Assembly (NCBI GenBank): GCA_963741215.1
Contig: CAVUHQ010000011.1
Location: 49,935-113,934, forward strand
Reading direction: 5' to 3'
Source: an uncultured beta proteobacterium
GTDB lineage: Bacteria > Pseudomonadota > Gammaproteobacteria > Burkholderiales > SHXO01
DNA: 64,000 nucleotides
The position numbers and the translations under genes were made by a program. The stretch's first letter is position 1; each line of letters begins with the position of its first letter. Under the pieces are notes generated by a model. That model was given only the letters and a program-made list of their open reading frames with translations. It searched no databases and was not told the origin of the DNA. Below, one piece after another: positions 57,210 to 64,000 of the stretch.

Positions 57210-57720
57210 TGGTGCGCGGAGGCGACCCGCCCGAGATGCCACCAACCCCGCCAAAGGGCCGTTGTGCACGAAACCAGGATCGGAGCGTCCGATGAACAGC
57301 GCCCCAGGGTACCGCCGGCCATGGCCATCAGCGAGTTGACCGCCACCAGGCCGCTGATCTTGTCGATGGTCTGGGCCGACATGACGTTGAAGCCGAACCA
57401 GCCCACCGACAGAATCCATGCTCCGAGCGCAAGAAACGGAATGCTGCGAAGGCGGCTGCGCCTGAACGCCCCCGCCGCGGGATAGCGTCCGCGGCGAGCG
57501 CCGAGCAGCAGCACCGCCGCAAGTGCGATCCAGCCACCCATCGCGTGGACCACGACCGAGCCGGCGAAGTCGTGGAAGGGTGCGCCAAAGGATGAGGTGA
57601 ACCAGTCTTGAATGCCGTAGTTATTGTTCCAGGCGATGCCCTCGAAGAAGGATAGATGAGCCCACAGCAGGAAGCTGGCCGCGAGTTGCGAGTGAAGGCG
57701 CGCTCGGCGATGGTAACCCC
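57210..57720 (-). pseudogene. Internal fragment of an ammonium transporter (Amt)
   Basis: AERA..IYPFFEG..FHDFAGSVVVHAMGGW..GWFGFN..HNGPLAGLVA. Both termini are missing; boundaries approximate. Confidence 0.8.
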
Positions 57721-57730
57721 TTCCACACCG

Positions 57731-59280
57731 TCACTCCATCGTGAACAATACGGCCATTGTCTCGATGGCGTTCCAGAGGTTCCCCAGTCGAAGATTCTCG
57801 TTCTTGGAATGCTGGTTGTTGTCATAGTTGACAGTCGGAACCGTGATGGTGGGCGACCTCAGCTCTTCTTCGATAACGACTAGAGGCAGACTTCCACCCA
57901 TAGTAGGTTGCAGAACGAGCGGTGTTCGAGCTCGATCGAGGGCGGCAATCAATCTCTGAGCTACCGGGAGGTCCATCGGTGTGCGAGAGGCATCGTAGCC
58001 ACCCGGGTCCACCATGACTCGGGCAACTCTCTCATGGGACAGTAGAGTGGTCTCCCCGGGTTCGGCGGTGGTGACGAAGTAACCCTGGTTCTCGATGTGC
58101 CGGGTCAGCGCTGCGAGCGCTCGTTCACGAGTCACGCCTTTGACGAGACGAATATCGATGGAGGCGGTTGCGGTTGTGGGAATGACGTTGGCGGCTTGAG
58201 TGCCGGTGTGCCCGCTCGAGACGCCGCGTACATTGAGCGCCGGGAGGTTGATGAGCTCCGCGAGCCGCTTGCCGCCGCCTTCGGTTCGCGCGAGCGACAG
58301 GTTGCGCATCTGGTCGGCATCGTCGTTTGGAATGGCATCTATGGCCACGCGCTCGGCATCGGTGAGCGGCACGACCCCATCATAGAACCCAGGAATGAGA
58401 ATCCGCCCATCCCGATCCTTCATCGACGCCAGGAGTTGCGCAAGCATCATGGCGGGGTTCGGTGCCCAGTTCCCATAGTGGCCGCTGTGAAGCTCTCTGA
58501 TCGCACCGTACACGGTGATTTCGAGGGTTTGCGCACCACGAACCCCGAACACCACGGTTTGCCGCCCACTAGCGTGTTCAGGTCCATCGCAGATCACCCA
58601 GAGGTCACCGCGCAGGAGTTCGCGATTCGCCTTGAGATAGCGCGCCAGGTTGGGTGATCCGATCTCCTCCTCGCCGTCGAACACGAACTTGAGGTTTGCT
58701 CTCGGTCGGATACCCGCAGATTTCAGCGCGTCGAGCGCGGCCAACATCGCCATGATCGGAGCTTTGTCGTCTGCGGCTGCACGCGCGTAGAGCCGCCATT
58801 CCGGGTTGAACGGGTTTCCTCGATCCGGTAGCCGGACGACCTCGCCTCCTCTGTCAAGACGCCCCGAGCGCAGGGTCGTTCAAACGGCGGAGTGGCCCAT
58901 TCCTTGTCATCGACGGGCTGGCCGTCGTAGTGGCCGTAGAAAACGTAGGTCGAGGACGCGCCGGGAGTTGCGAGCTCCGCATAGACCAGCGGCGAGGCTT
59001 CCGGAACTTCCAGGAGTTTGGCGGTCATCCCGCGCTTCTTCAGCATCCCCAGCAGATGCTCCGCGTTGCGGCGTACGTTGGCTCTATCTCTCGAAACGTT
59101 CGGGATCCGCACGAACTCGATGTGCTCGTCCAGGATCGACCGTTCGTTCTCGACTCGCCAGCTATGTGCGGCGGCAACGGCCGCGTCTCCAATTGTGTCC
59201 GCGTGGGCGAGCGCACCGAAGGTGCACGCTGCAAACCGGATTGTGAAGGACGCGGAGGAATTCAGGCAGGTTCTGGGCAT
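57731..59280 (-). CDS. M20/M25/M40 metallopeptidase, frameshifted
   Basis: YGHYDGQP, AADDKAP, DGEEEIGS, LHSGHYGN and NQHSKNENL. Confidence 0.92.
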
Positions 59281-59404
59281 GAGGCGCTTCTCCCCGCGCA
59301 TTCAATTGGGAGTTCAGGTTCGGCGCGTTGTTGGGCCGCCGCATCGGAGTACGCTAGCGCGTCGGAGAGAGGGAAACAGTCCTTCATTCAGAAGGGATTC
59401 GCCG

Positions 59405-59959
59405 CTATCTCCTGAGTGGCTGTCCGTGCTCCACGTAGCTGAAACTGTCCCCTTCATATATCAGCAGCCGTTGGCCGCCATCGTGCTCCAAGACCAACTT
59501 GTCGCCATCGATTCTCATCTGACATGTACGCCGGCCTTCGAACCCTGCGCGCGTAGCGTTCTCGGCAGCGGCTCGCTCGGCCAAGGAAAGCACGCCACCC
59601 GTATCGGTAAACGCGAGGTAGCGATCGTACCCGTAGGTCCAGGTCGAATCGGTTAACGAGTAGGTACCATATCCGTAGAAGAACTTCCGCGTCTCGGGGC
59701 GACTCCAGCTCATCATGATCAGGATCATCCCGTCACGCTCGGATAGGCGCCCATCGATTTGAGGGGGACGTAACGGCTGACCATCCACAACCCATTCTTC
59801 GAGTCGCCAGCTTCCCTCCATCGCGGCTTTGGCACGCTCGACCCCAACGCTCTGCCCCCAAAACGACACGCCAGCGACTAGAGCGAGCATCACCGCCAAC
59901 AGCAGTCGGGCAGGTGAAGGGTATAGCAGAGATTTCAGACGTGGGCGACTACTCATGTA
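59405..59959 (-). CDS. Hypothetical exported beta-rich (lipocalin-like) protein
   Basis: Hydrophobic N-segment, then MEGSWRLEEW..YGTYSL. Start approximate. Confidence 0.5.
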   Translation of the reverse strand, partial: YMSSRPRLKSLLYPSPARLLLAVMLALVAGVSFWGQSVGVERAKAAMEGSWRLEEWVVDGQPLRPPQIDGRLSERDGMILIMMSWSRPETRKFFYGYGTYSLTDSTWTYGYDRYLAFTDTGGVLSLAERAAAENATRAGFEGRRTCQMRIDGDKLVLEHDGGQRLLIYEGDSFSYVEHGQPLRR

Positions 59960-60027
59960 TGCCTCCCGCGAGTAACGCGGAGCAAGAACTATGGAGCTTG
60001 ACATGCACCTTCGGCGCCGCAGCTAAG

Positions 60028-60348
60028 TTACGCCTCAATCTGCACGAGAGTTCGGGGCTGCAGGGTCGCAAGGACCTCCTGCAGTCTCGGTACGAGAGGC
60101 AGGAGAACCTGAAGCTCATTGGAACTCGCGCTCAATAGGACAACGGCGACGGGAAGTGTTGCGATGCTCTGTTGGTACGGAAGGTTCTTATCAACGGTGA
60201 TGAATGCATCGAACTGCGCCGCGGCAAGCGCCAGCAGGGCGCCGTTCTTCACCCCGCCCCATCCCATTTCCAACGCAGTCTTTACGATATGCCCAGGCAG
60301 AGAAAGACGCAGGCGGCGCGGTACAGATTCGTCAAGCAGCAGGTGCAT
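60028..60348 (-). CDS. DUF5615 PIN-like toxin
   Basis: MHLLLDESVPRRL..GWGGVKNGALL..FDAFITVDKNL.YQQ. Confidence 0.85.
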   Translation of the reverse strand: MHLLLDESVPRRLRLSLPGHIVKTALEMGWGGVKNGALLALAAAQFDAFITVDKNLPYQQSIATLPVAVVLLSASSNELQVLLPLVPRLQEVLATLQPRTLVQIEA

Positions 60349-60550
60349 CCGTGAAGAGGCGTAGTTTCGCCGCTTCTAGCACCGCTACTGCGGCTTCACG
60401 CGAGACGGACGGGAAGTCCTCGAGGAAGTCCTCTAGCGAAGAGCTTCCTTCCAGGTAGTCGAACAAGTTCTGAACCGGTACACGCGTACCCCTAAAGCAC
60501 AGCGCCCCACTCATGATTTCCGGATCGCGACTGATGTAATCGGCTTCCAT
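60332..60550 (-). CDS. DUF433 antitoxin
   Basis: ISRDPEIMSGALCFRGTRVPV..LEDFLEDFPSV. Confidence 0.92.
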   Translation of the reverse strand: MEADYISRDPEIMSGALCFRGTRVPVQNLFDYLEGSSSLEDFLEDFPSVSREAAVAVLEAAKLRLFTDAPAA

Positions 60551-60666
60551 GACCACCTCCAATGGACCCAGTGTAACAGGCCGGCAACGTCATGGGGCAT
60601 AACATGGCGGGCGTAACCGGGCCACATACGGCGACGCAGTTTGTGGGTGAGCATCACTTAACCTAG

Positions 60667-60729
60667 TCATTTGATCACCTCATCCGCGCGCAGCAAGATC
60701 GACTCCGGAACCGTGATTCCGAGTGCCTT
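60667..60729 (-). pseudogene. C-terminal remnant of an ABC substrate-binding protein
   Basis: Translates as KALGITVPESILLRADEVIK-stop, homologous to the end of 62576-63583. Confidence 0.8.
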
Positions 60730-60746
60730 GCAACGCCGACGCCCTG

Positions 60747-60989
60747 CTAGGTCGATAGGTAGAGTGCGACCAAAGGGACCAGGTTGAGCAGGATGACCCC
60801 AATTTTGTAGATAGAGAGACCGGCGTAGTGTAGAGCGTCAAAGGTTTCAATCGAGAGCTTGAACCAGCGCGTATGCAGCCGATACATCCACTCGTGGGCA
60901 TAGACGAAGACCCCGAACCAGACGAGCAGCACTCCATAGTTGATGCCGACACACCAGAGAAGGACTCCTTTGATCTCATTCATAGCCAT
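60747..60989 (-). CDS. Small membrane protein, DUF6868-like
   Basis: LLWCVGINYGVLLVWF..HEWMYRLH.RWF..FDALHY..YKIGVILLNLVP. Confidence 0.75.
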   Translation of the reverse strand: MAMNEIKGVLLWCVGINYGVLLVWFGVFVYAHEWMYRLHTRWFKLSIETFDALHYAGLSIYKIGVILLNLVPLVALYLST

Positions 60990-61081
60990 GGCATTGTCCC
61001 ATTTGGCATCCGGTACACGGGTCTGTAGCAGACTTTAGTGCCCGGCGTGCCACGAGTTGCGACGGCGGGGGGCCGCAAAGC

Positions 61082-62402
61082 CTACGTCTTGTAGTAACGT
61101 CGCGCACGTTGTTCGGCGCGGGCGGCCGCGTCCTTGGGTGTTGATTGCCCCGACGCTGCCTCTGCGACCATTTGCGGAATGATGGCGTCGGCAACTACCG
61201 CCGCTGACGCGGTTCCGACTGTTCCCCGATACCCGTTGTACAGCGTCAGGCGTGGGCCATCACGGAACGGTGTGATCTTTGGGTCGCTGGTCCAGATCGG
61301 GTTCGATTCATATGCGCGCAGCGTCTGACACATGAAGCCAAGCGATGCTTGCTGCCAGGCCTCGTATTGTTCCCGCTCCAGCATGAAGCGCAAATAGTCG
61401 CGGGCCGCATTCGGATATTTCGTGTACTTGAAGGCGAAGGCGGTCAACACTCCATGCAGTTCGGTCGGATGACCCGCTGGACCAATCGGGAGGTGCGCAT
61501 GTTGGATATCGGTTGCTATCGCATTTAGCGCGGGATCGCTGGAGGTCTTCGCGACGTAGTAGATAGAAATGGGGTTCCAGGTAAGACTGATCTCTCCGGC
61601 CAAGAATGCCTTGTTGTTGCTGGGATCAAGCCACGAAAGCGTGCCTGGTACGAACGTCTCATACAGCGCCCGTCCGTATTCCAACGCCGCAACGGTTTCC
61701 TTCGAGTTGATTACTATCCGATTGTTCTCGTCGACCAAGCTGGCACCATGGCTCCAAAGCAGCCACGAGCACCATGTGATGTCTCCCAACGCGTTGCCAA
61801 GAGTGAGGCCGACAGGCGTGCCGCGCGCCTTTAGTGCCTGGCAAAGTTTGAGGAAACCCGGGAGATCGCGCGGAATTTCGCCGAAACCCGCCGCTTTGAC
61901 CCTGCTCTCCCGGTACACCACGCAGAAGGTTACGATGGCCATGCTGAGCGCGATCCAGCGACCATCGTTCACGCAATAGCGCTGACAAACGTCATACCAG
62001 CCGCCGTACTTTTGTCCCAGATAGCCCGCCACATCGGTCAAGTCGACGCATTTATCGGGATACAGTCGCGGCATGTCGGGAGGGCCCATGATGATGTCGG
62101 GACCTGCTCCAACGCTGGCTGCCATCGCGCCTTTGGGCCGAATCTCTTCCCCATTCACGCTTTCGACTTGGACTGGAACGCCTGTTTGCTCGGTGAACTT
62201 GCGGGTGTTCGCAATCCATAAGTCCTCGTCGCCTTGAACAAAGCGCTTCCATCGAAGGACCTTGAGTCGAGCGCCTTCTCTAGAGGAGATCGGGGTTCGG
62301 CGGCCGCGGCAATCTCTTTGACGAAACGTCATTGCCCCCGTTGCCGTAAGGGCCGCTGCACCCGAGCGCTTTCAGAGCGTCACGTCTTACGATCTTGCGC
62401 AT
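61082..62402 (-). CDS. ABC transporter carbohydrate-type substrate-binding protein with Tat signal, frameshifted near 5' end
   Basis: MRKIVRRDALK signal; LRWKRFV, GAGPDI and WLDPSNNKAFLAGEIS. Confidence 0.85.
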
Positions 62403-62444
62403 TGGTCCCTCCTCGAGAGCGGTTCCTGTCTCCGCTGGTTTCGC

Positions 62445-62521
62445 GCCTAACCGCCTGCAATCACCGGGCGGCGACAGCAGCGAAGCCGGCTGTTGGTTCG
62501 GGTGCATTGCAAATGTTGGGC
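62445..62521 (-). mobile_element. Integron attC-like site, 77 bp
   Basis: Minus strand reads GCCCAAC (R'') ..TGCAATGCACCCG.. stem ..CCGGTGATTGCA.. GTTAGGC (R'). Confidence 0.7.
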
Positions 62522-62575
62522 GTCGGTTCTCATAGCACTATCCAACGTCCGAATCCGGCCACGGCAAGCGACCCA

Positions 62576-63583
62576 TCAACGAATCACCTCGTCGGCACGC
62601 TGCAGAATCGACGTGGGCATCGTAAGCCCGAGGGTATGGGCCGTTTTCAGATTGACGATGAGCACGTACTGAGTCGCTTGCTCGATGGGCAAGTCGGCTG
62701 GATTGGCTCCTCTGAGGATCTTGTCCACGTACTCTGCCGCGCGGCGAAACAAGACGGCTTGGTTGGGCCCATAGGCCATCAAGCCGCCCGCGTCCGCATA
62801 CTCCGGTAGGCCATACATGACCGGGAGGTGATCTTTCGCGGCCTGCGCTGCGACTCGCCGCTGGTAGTAGAACGTCAGGGGATCCGGGATCACAAGGGCT
62901 GCCTGTGCGGCTCTGCGGGCCTGCCCGAAGGCGGGTTCGAGGGCCTCTGGCGCGCGCACGTCGATGAACCGCAGCTTCAGGTTTCGCGCCGACGCCGCAG
63001 CCTCGAGCGGGCGGCGCACCAGCCCGAACAGCGGGGTGTCGGGATTGCCGATGACCGCGACGGTAAGAAGTCGGGGCACCGTTTCTTGCAGTAGCTCCAG
63101 CCACTTGCCGGGGATGCCTTCGGTCATCTGTAGAGACAGGCCGGTCAAATTACCGCCCGGATGCGCAAGGCTCGCCGCCACGCCGGTGCCGACCGGATCG
63201 CCCATCGACGCAACGACAATCGGGATTGTGGTGGTCGCGCTCTTGGCTGCGACCGCAGCGGGCGTGCTATAGGTGACGATCACGTCGACTTTGCGCTCGA
63301 CCATATCGGCCATCAGCGCGGGCAGACGTTCGATGTGGCCTTCCGCCCAACGTTCCTCGACGATAAGGTTGCGACCTCGGACCCAACCCAGTTCCGCAAG
63401 CCGCTCCCAGAATCCGGACAACCCGCGATTGGTGGTCGAGGGTGATTGGGAGTGGACGAAGCCCAATCGCACGACCTTCTGCGCGGGCTCGGCGGCGTGC
63501 GTGAGCGAGGATCCAAGCACGGCCGCCGCGGTGACCAGCGCGAGGAGGATCGAGGCCTTGTTGCGCAACCGACACTCGCGCAT
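62576..63583 (-). CDS. ABC substrate-binding protein (ABC_sub_bind type), no permease in view
   Basis: LAELGWV.GRNL.VEERWAEG, DPVGTG..SLAHPGGNLTG, YVDKILRGANPADLPIEQ and RADEVIR. Confidence 0.92.
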   Translation of the reverse strand: MRECRLRNKASILLALVTAAAVLGSSLTHAAEPAQKVVRLGFVHSQSPSTTNRGLSGFWERLAELGWVRGRNLIVEERWAEGHIERLPALMADMVERKVDVIVTYSTPAAVAAKSATTTIPIVVASMGDPVGTGVAASLAHPGGNLTGLSLQMTEGIPGKWLELLQETVPRLLTVAVIGNPDTPLFGLVRRPLEAAASARNLKLRFIDVRAPEALEPAFGQARRAAQAALVIPDPLTFYYQRRVAAQAAKDHLPVMYGLPEYADAGGLMAYGPNQAVLFRRAAEYVDKILRGANPADLPIEQATQYVLIVNLKTAHTLGLTMPTSILQRADEVIR

Positions 63584-63826
63584 GCGCGCCTCCGACGGTC
63601 GAGCGGTTTGCGAGATCAGGCGGTGAGACTATGGATCCCAAGCCGGCGGGGAGTCAAGGACCTGCGCTGTGCTTATGCTATTGGCGGTCGGAGAAAACGC
63701 AGTGTCTGCGACGGCTCGAGCCTGTCCAAAAATTCCGGATTTAGGACTACCGCAGGCGTTGTCGGCGCAGCGGCGCTTTCTCAGTTCCGGTGGAACTGGT
63801 TGGGCGCCGCTCTGCCGATAGAGCAC

Positions 63827-64000
63827 TATTTCACTCGTTCCCAGTAGTCGGTGAACACGCCCTCGAGGGTTGCCATCTCCTTGTCTCCGTCCCATACCAT
63901 GAATACCGGATCGATTGGATGCTGGTGGGACACCCGTTGGCCCTGCCTGGTTACCGGCACACGCTTCGTTTCCCCTCCCACCGCGTAGACTGGCAACTTG
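63827..64000 (-). CDS. 3' end of an unidentified CDS entering from the right edge
   Basis: ..IDPVFMVWDGDKEMATLEGVFTDYWERVK-stop. Confidence 0.35.

Overview
GC-rich (roughly two-thirds G+C) chromosomal segment, most likely from a betaproteobacterium. It contains very many single-base indels that split otherwise normal genes, which looks like long-read consensus error, so many CDS calls join ORF pieces across frames. From left to right: a hybrid sensor kinase; cupin, epimerase, DMT and LysR genes; a HupE/UreJ-TPR-DUF4331 operon; two TraR/DksA paralogues; wHTH-parE-parC; a transglutaminase gene behind an orphan BufA2 (bufferin)-like Cys-rich peptide; an amidohydrolase; a degraded island with a TetR-controlled oxidoreductase cluster and an integrase stub; a sulfatase/phosphoesterase/MASE1-FixJ block; TAXI and GGDEF-EAL genes; an aerobic benzoyl-CoA (box) cluster with no boxA in view but with a flavodoxin, a benzoate-CoA ligase and a probable monooxygenase-CoA ligase fusion; and a variable right end with attC-like sites, gene remnants and a second DUF433/PIN toxin-antitoxin pair. 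Best leads: (1) a shared ECF-type promoter motif, ATCCA-N15-CGTA, in front of hupE, DUF4331 and the orphan bufferin-like peptide plus transglutaminase, suggesting an undescribed envelope or metal-stress regulon; (2) the boxA-less box cluster with a fused aryl-CoA monooxygenase/ligase; (3) cargo inserted at duplicated gene 3' ends, with integron attC-like remnants. No rRNA, tRNA or CRISPR array was recognised. All family assignments come from recognising motifs by eye, not from database searches.
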